Assembly (NCBI GenBank): GCA_963775735.1
Contig: CAVZKD010000007.1
Span: 214,675-278,674 of the forward strand
DNA length: 64,000 nt
Direction of reading: 5' to 3'
DNA from: an uncultured Actinomycetes bacterium
GTDB lineage: Bacteria; Actinomycetota; UBA4738; HRBIN12
Below, one piece after another: positions 19,353 to 29,119 of the stretch. A program made the position numbers and the translations under genes. Every line of letters starts with the position of its first letter. The first letter of the stretch is position 1. The notes beneath the pieces were generated by a model. The model saw only the letters and a program-made list of their open reading frames with translations. It did not search any database and was not told where the DNA came from.

Positions 19353-20288
19353 ATGGAGGCGACCGTGGAGCTCACGACCGCGCAGCGGCGCACGCTCGAG
19401 GGGCTCATCGGGACGGGCGAGCGGCCGGTCTTCGCGGCCGGCATCGTCCAGCGCGTCCGCGACCGGATCGAGGAGACCGCCCGGGCGTTCGAGCGCCCCG
19501 AGCCGCTCTGGCTCGGCAAGTCCGCGCTGAACGACCTCGCCAGGTGCCGGGGGCTGTTCGAGTCCGTGCGCGCCGGCGAGCGCGGCCCGTTCGCGTTCTC
19601 GGCGCGTTCGGCGGCGGGCAGGCTCGCGCACAAGGCCGTGGAGCTCGAGGTCGCGGGGCGGGACGAGCGCGATCCCTTCGACCTCGTCGAGCGCTCGGCG
19701 GAGCGGCTGCAGGAGGATGCCGCCTTCCGCGCCTACTGGGACGCACTGGACGGGCTCACTCGCGACGAGACGCTCATGGACGCCGCGAAGACGCTCGAGC
19801 TCTTCCGCTCCACGATGCCCCCGCTCCGGCTGTTGCGGCGCGAGCTCGCGCCGTCGACCGAGTGGCATGTGCGCGCGGAGCTGCTCGGCGGAGCGCTGGT
19901 GTTGTCCGGACAGCTCGACCTGGTCCTTGGCGGAAGCGTTGCGGCGGAGCCCGTTCGGGCGACCCGGCTGGCCATCGACCTGAAGACCGGCCGCGCCTGG
20001 CCCGAGCACGCCGAGGACATGCGGTTCTACGCGCTGTTGCTCGCGCTGCGGTTCGGCGTCCCGCCCTACCGGGTGGCCACGCTCTACCTCGACTCGGGGG
20101 AGTGGCAGGCCGAGGACGTCGAAGAGCGCGTCCTCGAGCGGGCGGCCGATCGGGTGGTCGAGGCGATCCGCGCGGTGGCGGTCATCGACGCGGGCCGGCG
20201 TCCCGAGCTGCGCCCAGGCCCCTACTGCACCTGGTGTCCTCGCGCGACGACGTGTCCGTCCAGCGCTGCCCTGCAGCCCTCCGTCTGA
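19353..20288 (+). CDS. PD-(D/E)XK (RecB/Cas4-like) nuclease family protein
   Basis: ATG 19353. GQLDLVLGG ... RLAIDLKTG fits the D ... (D/E)xK core. C-terminal Cys cluster PYCTWCPRATTCP. Confidence 0.65.
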   Translation: MEATVELTTAQRRTLEGLIGTGERPVFAAGIVQRVRDRIEETARAFERPEPLWLGKSALNDLARCRGLFESVRAGERGPFAFSARSAAGRLAHKAVELEVAGRDERDPFDLVERSAERLQEDAAFRAYWDALDGLTRDETLMDAAKTLELFRSTMPPLRLLRRELAPSTEWHVRAELLGGALVLSGQLDLVLGGSVAAEPVRATRLAIDLKTGRAWPEHAEDMRFYALLLALRFGVPPYRVATLYLDSGEWQAEDVEERVLERAADRVVEAIRAVAVIDAGRRPELRPGPYCTWCPRATTCPSSAALQPSV

Positions 20289-20347
20289 CGCGCACGTCCT
20301 GCTAGGGTGGCGCGCCGACCCGGACCGCCGGACTTCTGGGAGCAGCC

Positions 20348-21592
20348 GTGGGCAAGGACCTGTACGAGATCGGCGAGATCCCGCCGCTCGGGGAGGTCCC
20401 GAAGCGGATGCACGCGCAGCTCGTGCGCCCCGAACGCTACGGCGAGCCGAAGGACGCGATCCTCGACGAGGTGATCGACGTCCCGGCGATCGGCGCGCAC
20501 GAGGCGCTCGTGATGGTGATGGCCGCCGGGGTCAACTTCAACAACGTGTGGGCCGCTCGAGGGGTCCCCGTGGACGTGACGAAGACCCAGGCCCGCTGGG
20601 GTGAGCCCACCGATTTCCACATCGTGGGCTCCGACGCATCCGGCGTCGTCTCCGCGATCGGGGACGAGGTCACGAACGTGCAGGTCGGCGACCACGTGGT
20701 CGTGCATGCCGGGCAGTGGGACCTCGACGATCCCTGGGTGGTCGAGGGCAACGACCCCGGTCTCGCCGCCTCGTTCCGGGTGTGGGGCTACGACACCTGC
20801 TGGGGCTCGTTCGCGCAGTTCACGAAGGTCCAGGCTCATCAGTGCCTGCCGAAGGCCGACCGGCTCACGTGGGAAGAGGCCGCCGCGCCGACGCTCACCG
20901 GCGCCACGGCGTACCGGATGCTCCACGGCTGGCCGCCCAACACGGTGAAGGCGGGGGACGTGGTCCTCGTGTGGGGCGCCTCGGGGGGCCTCGGGTCGCT
21001 CGCGGTCCAGCTCGTGACGCTCGCCGGCGCGAAGGCCGTGGCGGTCGTCTCGTCGGCCGAACGGGGCGAGTACGCGAAGGAGCTCGGGGCGGTCGGGTGG
21101 ATCGACCGCACGAGCTTCGACCACTGGGGGGTTCCGCCCGCGTGGAACAGCCCCGAGTGGAGGTCGTGGTTCGAGGGCGCCAAGGCGTTCGGGAAGGCCA
21201 TCTGGGACGTGCTCGGCGAGCGACGGAACCCGAACATCGTGTTCGACCATCCCGGCCAGGACACGATCCCCACGTCCATCTTCGTGTGCGAGCGCGGCGG
21301 GATGGTCGTGATCTGCGCGGGCACGAGCGGCTACGACACGATGGTGGACGTGCGGTACCTCTGGTACCCGCAGAAGCGCTACCAGGGCTCGCACCTGTTC
21401 AACGACGAGCAGGCCGCGGCCTTCAACGACCTCGTGCGCGAGGCGAAGGTCACCACGACGCTCGGCCAGACGTACGACTACGCGGATGCCGGGGTCGCAC
21501 ACCAGCTGATGGGCGACGGGGCGCTCCCGGAGGGCAACGTCTCGGTCCTCATCAACGCCCCGGCCCGGGGGCTCGCGAGCCTGCCCGGTTAG
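20348..21592 (+). CDS. ccr: crotonyl-CoA carboxylase/reductase
   Basis: 414 aa. Close resemblance by eye to Streptomyces Ccr across its length (VNFNNVWAA, VIGSDASGVV, RVWGYDT.WGSFAQ, LVWGASGGLGS, RYLWY..KRYQGSH). Confidence 0.85.
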   Translation: MGKDLYEIGEIPPLGEVPKRMHAQLVRPERYGEPKDAILDEVIDVPAIGAHEALVMVMAAGVNFNNVWAARGVPVDVTKTQARWGEPTDFHIVGSDASGVVSAIGDEVTNVQVGDHVVVHAGQWDLDDPWVVEGNDPGLAASFRVWGYDTCWGSFAQFTKVQAHQCLPKADRLTWEEAAAPTLTGATAYRMLHGWPPNTVKAGDVVLVWGASGGLGSLAVQLVTLAGAKAVAVVSSAERGEYAKELGAVGWIDRTSFDHWGVPPAWNSPEWRSWFEGAKAFGKAIWDVLGERRNPNIVFDHPGQDTIPTSIFVCERGGMVVICAGTSGYDTMVDVRYLWYPQKRYQGSHLFNDEQAAAFNDLVREAKVTTTLGQTYDYADAGVAHQLMGDGALPEGNVSVLINAPARGLASLPG

Positions 21593-21998
21593 CCGCGCCT
21601 GCTGCACGAGCTCGACGAGCACCCCGCCCATGTCCTTCGGGTGGACGAACGCGATCGTCGTCCCTCGCGATCCGAGCCGCGGCTGCTCGTCGATCAGCGC
21701 GACGCCTTCGGCCCGCAGGTCCTGGAGCGCGAGGGCGACGTCCGGTACCCGGTAGCCGACGTGGTGCACCCCGGGGCCGCGTCGATCGAGGAACCGGCCG
21801 ACCGGCGTGTCCGGGCCGAGCGCACCGAGCAGCTGGATGAACGACTCGCCCACGGCGAACAGGACCTCCTCGACCCCCTGGTCCCCGACGCGCTCCCGGT
21901 GCACCGGCTGCAGGCCGAACAGCGCGCGCGTAGCGCTCGACCGCGGCGTCGAGGTCGGGGACCGCGATCCCCACGTGGTCGATCTGCGTGAGCTTCAC
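21589..21998 (-). pseudogene. mce: methylmalonyl/ethylmalonyl-CoA epimerase (VOC family), two apparent frame breaks as assembled
   Basis: N-terminus VKLTQIDHVGIAVPDLDAAVERYAR (GTG 21998, GTGA overlap with the upstream stop). It continues in a second frame as LFGLQPVHRERVGDQGVEEVLFAVG ... HHVGYRVPD ... GGVLVELVQQ. That frame has no stop until 20222, antisense to ccr. A TAA in the third frame at 21589-21591 would give a normal length. Confidence 0.7.
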
Positions 21999-22388
21999 GT
22001 CTTCGCGCCGCGGCGACGGCCCTCGTGGAGCGACGGCTGGAGGCGCTCCATCAGGTCCTGTGCCTCCTTCACGTGGTACGCGGGGAGCGTCAACGCCCGG
22101 CCGACGGCGGCCACCGCCTGCGCGCGCAGATCCTCCTCCGGCTTCGCCCCGTCCCCCGCGATCGGGTGGACGGCGTAGAACTCGACGAGCTCGAGGAACT
22201 GCTTCAGCGAGGGCGTGAGGCCGCCGCGTTCGTACGCGTAGATCGTCTGGCGGGCCGCCGGGAAGCCGTTCGCCGATGCGGCCTCCTGCACGGCCCGGTA
22301 GCCCGAGCGACCTCCGGAGGCCACGGAGGAGGGCGCCGATCGTTCGAGCGTCCTCCCTGGTCACAGGCGTCAGTTTCTTCCTCGCCAT
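21995..22388 (-). CDS. XRE-type helix-turn-helix protein, probable frame break near the 5' end
   Basis: ORF 21995..22324 contains the HTH QEAASANGFPAARQTIYAYERGG. A plausible N-terminus, MARKKLTPVTREDARTIGALLRGLRR (ATG 22388), lies in another frame and joins at about 22300-22320. Confidence 0.5.
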
Positions 22389-22646
22389 GGGTCCGCACGA
22401 TAGTCGTTCGCCCTCACCGGCGGCATGGTCCCGGCGCCGTCCCGCGTCCGGCGGTCTCTAGTGCAAAGGTCTGATGCATGCGACACCCGCCCTTCACTAC
22501 GATGCCCTGGTCGACCTACGCCGATCCGAGGTGCCCGTGAAGCAGGCCAGTCGGTCCACCGCCACCGCGCTCCACGGATCCGACGCCGTGTCCCGGGGCC
22601 GGGCGGACGTCTCTCGCGTCCGCGAGCGGACGCGCCGGAGGCGGTC

Positions 22647-24356
22647 GTGCGGCTCGTGCTGATCCTCGCGCTGATCGACGGGTACCTCTGGTACCGCTAC
22701 CTCACGCACAACCCGTTCCAGCTCCCGACCCTCGGCCCCGACTGCGATCATCTTCGCGCCGGTGATCATCCTGGTCTTCGCGATCGTGCTGATGATGCTG
22801 ATGCCGCTGTTCAGCGGCCGCTCGCCGCACGCGGTCGTGCGCCCGGAGGAGATCGAGGTCGGCCTCGACGAGGTCCGAGGGCTGGACAACCAGGTCGACG
22901 AGGTGAGCCGCACGCTCGACGTGTTCCTCGGGCTACGCGACCTTCCGCGATCGAGCTCGGCGGCAATCCGCGTCGAGGCATCCTGTTCGAGGGCCCGCCC
23001 GGCACGGGGAAGACCTACCTCGCCAAGGCGATGGCGAAGCAGGCCGGGGTGCCGTTCCTGTTCATCTCGGCGCCGGCGTTCCAGTCGATGTGGTTCGGGA
23101 TGACGAACGCGAAGATCCGCTCCTTCTTCAGGCGGTTGCGCAAGCTGGCCCGCAAGGAGGGCGGCGCGATCGGGTTCATCGAGGAGATCGACGCGATCGG
23201 CGGCGAGCGCGGCGGCGATGAACGCGAGCCCGGCATCCGACCGGTCTCGGACGCGTCTCCTCTCGCATCGTGGGCGCCGCGGGTTCGGGCATGGTGAACG
23301 AGCTGCTGATCCAGATGCAGTCGTTCGATCAGCCGCCGTGGGGGGTGCGCGTGAAGGCGCGCATGAAGGAGTGGGTGAACGGGTACCTGCCGGCGACGAA
23401 GCGCATGCCCACGGCGAAGCCCACGTACAACAACATCCTGCTGATCGCGGCGACGAACCGCGCCGACAACCTCGACCCGGCGCTCCTGCGACCGGGCCGG
23501 TTCGACCGCAGGCTGTTCTTCGACCTCCCGACCAAGTCCGAGCGCCGCGAGCTGATCGACTTCTTCCTCGACCGGAAGACGCACCACGAGCAGCTCGACG
23601 ACGACCACACGCGCGATCGTCTTGCCCACGACGCCTTCGGCTACACGCCGGTGATGATCGAGCACCTGTTCGACGAGGCGTTGCTCGTCGCGCTCCGCGA
23701 GGGCCGCACGGCGATGAGCAGCCAGGACATCCACGAGGCCAAGCTCACCGAGGAGCTCGGCTTCAAGCAGCCGGTCAACTACGCGGAGTCGGACCGCGTG
23801 TCGGTGGCGACCCACGAGGCCGGCCACGCCACCGTCGCCTACCTGGTGGGCAAGGGTCGCCGGCTCGAGGTGCTGTCGATCATCAAGCGCCGGCAGGCGC
23901 TCGGCCTGCTCGCGCACGGTGACGAGCAGGAGCGGTTCACGCGTACCCGGACCGAGATCGAGGCGAACGTGGCGATCGCGCTCGGGGGGCTCGTCGCCGA
24001 GGAGGTCTTCTTCGGGCGAGAGCGGCACCGGCCCCGCGTCGGACCTGCAACAGGCGACCACGCTCGCGGCGCAGATGGTGGGGTCGTTCGGCATGGCGGG
24101 CTCCCTGCTCTCGTTCGACGCGATCGCCGAAGGTCCGATCGGCTCGAAGAACCTCGTTGGCAAGGTGCTCGCCGATCCGGAGGGCAAGGCCCGCGTCGAG
24201 GAGATCCTCACCGAGCAGAAGGACCGCGTGACGAAGCTCCTGGAGGAGAACCGGGACGTCGTCGTCGCCTTGCGCGACGCGCTGATCGCCCGCGACGAGC
24301 TCGTCGGCGATGAGATCATCCGGCAGATCGAGCTCGCGCTCGACATTCGATCCTGA
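22647..24356 (+). pseudogene. FtsH-like membrane AAA+ / M41 zinc metalloprotease, at least five frame breaks as assembled
   Basis: Pieces in three frames join to a full FtsH-like protein. TM1 RLVLILALIDGYLWY (GTG 22647, GGAGG upstream). TM2 IIFAPVIILVFAIVLMML. Walker A GILFEGPPGTGKT. Walker B GFIEEIDA. SRH ATNRADNLDPALLRPGRFDR. HEAGHA zinc site. C-terminal SGTGPASDLQQATTLAAQMV. Breaks near 22740, 22932, 22952, 23245-23268 and 24017. Confidence 0.8.
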
Positions 24357-24367
24357 CCGCTCCTTCG

Positions 24368-24874
24368 GTGGACCCCGCGGACGAGCTCGTCGACGTCGTC
24401 GACGAGCGGAACTCCGTCGTCCGGGTCGCCGCGCGGCGCGAGCTGCGCGCGGACAACCTCTGGCACCGGTGCACCTACGTCTTCGTCCGCAACGCCGCCG
24501 GCGAGCTCTACGTGCACCGGCGCACCGACACGAAGGACGTGTACCCGGGCTACTACGACCTATGCGCCGGCGGGGTGAACGCGGCGGGCGAGGCCTATCC
24601 GGACTGCGCGCGGCGCGAGCTGGAGGAGGAGCTCGGCGTGGACGCCGATCCGACGTTCCGGTTCCTCCATCGCTACGAGGGTCCCAGCGGCCGGGTGTGG
24701 GGCGCGGCGTTCGACGTCGTGTGGGACGGACCGATCCGCTGGCAGCCGGCGGAGGTCGCCTGGGGCGCGTACGTGCGGGCCGACGCGCTCGACGCGATGA
24801 TCGGCCGCGAACGGTTCTGTCCCGACGGGCTCGAGGTCTTCGAGCGATGGCGCGGCGGTAGACTCGGTCCGTGA
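24368..24874 (+). CDS. Nudix hydrolase
   Basis: Nudix box GGVNAAGEAYPDCARRELEEELGV. 168 aa. Confidence 0.8.
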   Translation: MDPADELVDVVDERNSVVRVAARRELRADNLWHRCTYVFVRNAAGELYVHRRTDTKDVYPGYYDLCAGGVNAAGEAYPDCARRELEEELGVDADPTFRFLHRYEGPSGRVWGAAFDVVWDGPIRWQPAEVAWGAYVRADALDAMIGRERFCPDGLEVFERWRGGRLGP

Positions 24875-26052
24875 GTCGTTCGGTCATCGTCGGCGGCGCC
24901 CGGACGCCGATCGGGAGGTTCCGGGGCGCGTTCGCGGACCTGCAGGGCACCGATCTCGGCGCCGTGGCGATCCGGGAAGCCCTCGACCGCGCGCACGTCG
25001 GAACCGACCAGGTCGACTACGTCGTCATGGGACAGGTGCTCCGGGCCGGCACCGGTCAGATCACCGCCCGTCAGGCGGCGATCGGCGCCGGGATCCCCAA
25101 GGAGGTCCCCGCGCTCAACGTCGACAAGGTCTGCCTGTCGGGGACGACCGCGATCGCGCTCGCCGACCAGATGATCCGGGCGGACGAGGTGGAGATCGTG
25201 GTGGCCGGCGGGATGGAGTCGATGACGAACGCTCCGTACGTGCTCCCGGAAGCTCGCGCCGGCTCGCGCCTCGGGCACTCGCAGATGATCGACACGATGA
25301 TCCATGACGGTCTGTGGTCCACGTTCACCGAGCAGCACATGGGAGCGTCGTCCGACGCGGTGAACGCGGAGCTCGGGATCTCGCGTGCGGACCAGGACGC
25401 ATGGGCCGCTCGTTCGCATCGGCGGGCGGCCGCGGGGTGGGACTCCGGAGCGCTCGCCGAGGAGGTCGTGCCGGTGGAGGTCCCACAGCGTCGCGGCGAC
25501 GCGGTCGTCGTCGGACGCGACGAGGGGATCCGACCAGACTCGACCCCCGAGACGCTCGCCGGGCTGGCGCCGGCCTTCCACGACGACGGCACGATCACCG
25601 CGGGCAACGCGTCGCAGATCAGCGACGGTGCCGCCGCGGTGGTGATCACGAGCGCCGAGAAGGCCGAGCAGCTCGGCCTGGAGCCACTCGTGGAGATCGT
25701 GGCGCACGGGATGAGCGCGGAGCGGTTCTCGTACCTGCACACGGTCCCCGCGATCGCCCTGCAGCACGCGCTGAAGAAGGCGGAGCTCGACGTCCACGAC
25801 CTCGGGCTGCTCGAGGTGAACGAGGCGTTCGCGGCGGTCGCGCTCCACGTGACCCGCGTGCTGGGGTTCGACGAGGAGCTCGTGAACGTGAACGGGGGGG
25901 CGGTCGCGCTCGGGCACCCGATCGGTGCGAGCGGGGCCCGCATCGTGCTCTCGCTCGCGCATGAGATGCGTCGCCGGGGCGCGGAGCTCGGGGGGGCCTG
26001 CATCTGTGGCGGGGGCGGACAGGGCGAGGCCCTGGTCGTTCGCCGCGTCTGA
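24871..26052 (+). CDS. acetyl-CoA C-acetyltransferase (thiolase II)
   Basis: GTG 24871 overlaps the Nudix stop. Thiolase blocks ([51 protein letters not shown]). Confidence 0.92.
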   Translation: MSRSVIVGGARTPIGRFRGAFADLQGTDLGAVAIREALDRAHVGTDQVDYVVMGQVLRAGTGQITARQAAIGAGIPKEVPALNVDKVCLSGTTAIALADQMIRADEVEIVVAGGMESMTNAPYVLPEARAGSRLGHSQMIDTMIHDGLWSTFTEQHMGASSDAVNAELGISRADQDAWAARSHRRAAAGWDSGALAEEVVPVEVPQRRGDAVVVGRDEGIRPDSTPETLAGLAPAFHDDGTITAGNASQISDGAAAVVITSAEKAEQLGLEPLVEIVAHGMSAERFSYLHTVPAIALQHALKKAELDVHDLGLLEVNEAFAAVALHVTRVLGFDEELVNVNGGAVALGHPIGASGARIVLSLAHEMRRRGAELGGACICGGGGQGEALVVRRV

Positions 26053-26059
26053 CCTTCCC

Positions 26060-27220
26060 ATGAGCGATCTCGAGCGTTTCGAGCTGCCCGAGGAGCTCGA
26101 GGACTTCCGCAGGCTCGTTCGCCGGATCGCCGAGGAACGCATCGAACCCCGAGCGGCCGAGATCGACGAGACCGACGAGTGGCCCGAGGACGTCTACAAG
26201 ATCCTCGTCGAGAACGACCTCATGGGCGTGGGGTATCCCGAGGAGCACGGCGGTTCGGGGGGCGGCTCACTCGCGTTCGGCGTGTTCATCGAGGAGCTGT
26301 CCCGGGTCTCGGCCGGGGTCTCGCTCACCCCGCTCGTGTCCAAGCTCGGCGTGATCCCGCTCGTGGTGGCGGGGGACGTGGACAAGGCCGCCCGCATGAC
26401 CGAGGGGATCGCCCGCGGTGAGCTCCTCATGTCCTACGCGCTGACCGAGGCCGGCGCGGGCTCGGATCCGGCGGCGATGACCACCCGCTACGAGCGCGAC
26501 GCGGACGGCTGGGTGCTGAGCGGGACGAAACGGTTCATCACCGGGGCCGGCGTCTCCCAGGCGTACGTGGTGTTCGCGACGACGGACCCGTCGCTGCGGA
26601 CGAAAGGGGTCTCCGCGTTCCTCGTGATGCGGGACGACCCGGGCGTCGAGTTCGGGCGCAAGGAGGACAAGATGGGGATCCGCGGCTCGCCCACGCGCGA
26701 GGTGATCCTCGAGGACGTCCGTCTCCCGGCCGACCGGCTGATCGGCGAGGAGGGCAAGGGGTTCGGCTACGCGATGCGGACGCTCGACTTCTCGCGGCCG
26801 GCGATCGCGGCACAGGCGCTCGGCATCGCGCAGGGTGCACTCGACGTCGCGGCCCGCCACGCGAGCGAGCGACAGCAGTTCGGCAAGCCGGTCGCCGAGT
26901 TCCAGGGCGTGTCGTTCATGCTCGCCGACATGGCGTCGCACCTCGAGGCCGCCCGGCTCCTCGTGTACAAGGCGCTCGCGCTCTGCGACGCCGGCGATCC
27001 CCGCATGACGTACTTCTCGAGCATCGCCAAGTGCTTCGCCTCCGACGCCGCCATGCGGATCACGACCGACGCGGTGCAGGTGTTGGGGGGATACGGCTAC
27101 ATGCGGGAGTATCCGGTCGAGCGGTTCATGCGCGACGCGAAGATCACGCAGATCTACGAGGGGACGAACCAGATCCAGCGCGTCGTGATCGCCCGGGAGC
27201 TCCTGCGAACGCTCGGGTAG
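26060..27220 (+). CDS. acyl-CoA dehydrogenase
   Basis: ATG 26060. ACAD motifs ([34 protein letters not shown]). Confidence 0.9.
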   Translation: MSDLERFELPEELEDFRRLVRRIAEERIEPRAAEIDETDEWPEDVYKILVENDLMGVGYPEEHGGSGGGSLAFGVFIEELSRVSAGVSLTPLVSKLGVIPLVVAGDVDKAARMTEGIARGELLMSYALTEAGAGSDPAAMTTRYERDADGWVLSGTKRFITGAGVSQAYVVFATTDPSLRTKGVSAFLVMRDDPGVEFGRKEDKMGIRGSPTREVILEDVRLPADRLIGEEGKGFGYAMRTLDFSRPAIAAQALGIAQGALDVAARHASERQQFGKPVAEFQGVSFMLADMASHLEAARLLVYKALALCDAGDPRMTYFSSIAKCFASDAAMRITTDAVQVLGGYGYMREYPVERFMRDAKITQIYEGTNQIQRVVIARELLRTLG

Positions 27221-27238
27221 TCCGGCCGCGCCGACCGG

Positions 27239-27430
27239 CTACGTGCCCGGCTTCGAGCGGGGCGAGAACTCGTTGCAGGTGGCCGAGCCACTGATCACGC
27301 CGCGGACGAAGCGGCACCCGCCGATCGACAGGCGCGGGAACATGTACGTGCAGGCCGTGCACCGGACGGCGGGCTTCGGCGCGGTCCGGTAGTTCGCCTG
27401 CTGCTTCGAGAGGCCCCAGACCTTCGGCAC
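27239..27430 (-). CDS. small Cys4 protein, HiPIP-like spacing
   Basis: 63 aa. Cys spacing C-x2-C-x13-C-x13-C (CTAC ... GGC ... ATC) and flanking residues (QQANYRTAP ... CNEF) resemble high-potential iron-sulfur proteins. No signal peptide, GTG start, weak RBS. Confidence 0.35.
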   Translation of the reverse strand: MPKVWGLSKQQANYRTAPKPAVRCTACTYMFPRLSIGGCRFVRGVISGSATCNEFSPRSKPGT

Positions 27431-27526
27431 GAGCTCATCTTCGCCACGTCGACGTCGCGACGCAAGCCGGCGACGAGGCCCGGAGCGCCACGGGCATCGC
27501 GCTCCGAACCCGGTCGGTCCGCGCTC

Positions 27527-29079
27527 CTAGATCGCGACGCCGCCGGACAGGTCGTCGAAGCTCGACAGCTCGCGGAGCGCCCCCTCGACCCGGTCGGCTT
27601 CGAACGGCAGCTCCTCGACGTCCTCGATCAGGTCGACCGCCGTGACCTCCGACTCGTTCGAGGAGGCGCCGGGAAGGAAGACCCGGAACGAAGCACCGCC
27701 GCCCTCGCGCTCCTCGACCCATGCCCGGCCGCCATGCAACTCGGCCAGACGGGAGAGGAGCGGGAGGCCGGAGGCCCGTGCCCGCTGCGACCGAGCGCCG
27801 GCTGCTTCCCGGTCGCTCGGCATCGCCGGCAGCGCATCGGCGCTGGTGTCGTCGACCGCGATGACCGCCCCGTCCGCTTCGGGGACGACCGTGATCCAGA
27901 TCTTCCCCCCGGCGCGGTCCGGCGACCGGCGTTGGACAGGAGCGTCTCGACCATCTGCTCGGTGAGGCCGGGGTCGACCTCGATCGCCACGTGCTCGCCG
28001 GCGATCTTCAGGTCGCGGTTCGCGATGTCGGGCGTCTCCTCGGCGACGCGACCGACGAGCGCCGCCAGGTCGGACCGGCGTCGCTTGGGCTCGTACGTGC
28101 CGTTCGCGATCTTGTCGAGGTCGAGCATCTGCTCGACGAGCCGCTCCAGGCGCTTCGCGTTCGTCCCCAGCTGGCGCACCATGTGCTTGCCGTCGTTCGC
28201 CTTCACGTCCGCCTGCTTCAGGGCGAGCGTGAGCCCGAGGATCGAGGTCAGCGGCCGGCGGATCTCCGCCGCGACCGCCGCCTGCAGCTCGTCACGCTCG
28301 CCGACCAGCGTGACCTGCGGGGTCGTCTCGGCAGAGCGCCAGCGGTCCTCGAGATCGCCGAGGGCGAGCTCCATCGCCGTGGTTCGGTCGGAGACCCGCT
28401 CGAAACGGTCTTCGGCCAGCCGGGCGCGCTCGTCGGAGAGCCGCGCCTGCTCGTCGGCCAACCGAGCGCGTTCGTCGGACTCGGCCTGTGCGGCGCGTGC
28501 CGCGGCGACCAACCCGGTGAGCTCCTCGATCTCCCCTCGGACGCCGGCGAACCGCTGGTCCGCGGCGTGTGCGCGCTCGTTGGACTCGGACTGTGCGGCG
28601 CGTGCCGCGGCGACCAACCCGGTGAGCTCCTCGATCTCCCCTCGGACGCCGGCGAACCGCTGGTCCGCGGCGCGTGCGCGTTCGTCCGCGTCGCCCTGCG
28701 CCGCGCGGGCGACCCGGACCATGTCCGTCAGCTGTTCGATCTCGCCCTGCAAGGTCGTGAGCCGCTGCTCCGCGGCGCGTGCGCGTTCGTCCCCGTCGGC
28801 CTGCGCCGCGCGGGCGATCGTGAGCAGGTCGGTGAGCTCGGCGACCTCGGTCTGCGTGCCCGCGAGCCGCTGTTCTGCGACGCGGCGGCGCGCGTCCGCG
28901 TCTCGAGCCAGCTCCTCGGCGGCGCGGAGCAGTCCAACCGCCTGCTCGAGTCCGTCGACCGCCTGCGCGACCTGGTACCCGGCGGCCGAGACGCGGCTGA
29001 TGAGGCCGCCGTCCTCGGTCGCCCGGTCGCCCGGTTCGCTCGCTTCGCGGCCCTGCATCATCGCGATCGTGTCGGCCAT
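27527..29079 (-). CDS. coiled-coil protein with C-terminal histidine-kinase-like (HisKA/HATPase_c) domain lacking the phospho-acceptor His; one frame break
   Basis: ORF 27628..29079 contains 4 x 35-aa repeats, then AAEIRRPLTSILGLT (H-box position is Ala) and LLSNA (N-box). The HATPase continuation GKIWITVVPEADGAVIAVDDTS ... LLSRLAELHGGRAWVEEREGGGASFRVFLP lies in the frame of ORF 27527..27823. The frames join near 27920-27935. Confidence 0.7.
28486..28905. repeat. in-frame 105-bp tandem repeat (4 copies, 35 aa each) inside the coiled-coil gene
   Basis: Copies at 28486 and 28591 are identical over their first ~83 nt. Two further diverged copies follow. Encoded units: ERA(R/H)AADQRFAGVRGEIEELTGLVAAARAAQ(S/A)ES(N/D). 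Confidence 0.8.
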
Positions 29080-29119
29080 CGTTTGCTCACCACGCTTCCT
29101 CTGGTTCGTTCATCGACCG

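Noticed and set aside
20222-21588. Continuation of the epimerase frame as a 560-aa ORF
   Set aside because: Beyond ...GGVLVELVQQAR the sequence is antisense to ccr and has no VOC-family or other motifs. The long ORF exists only because the expected stop is out of frame.
22389-22646. 258-bp divergent intergenic region with a lower-GC patch (TGCATGCA palindrome near 22476) as a possible ncRNA or riboswitch
   Set aside because: I recognise no known RNA motif or convincing extended secondary structure. It is most simply the shared promoter region of the HTH and FtsH-like genes.
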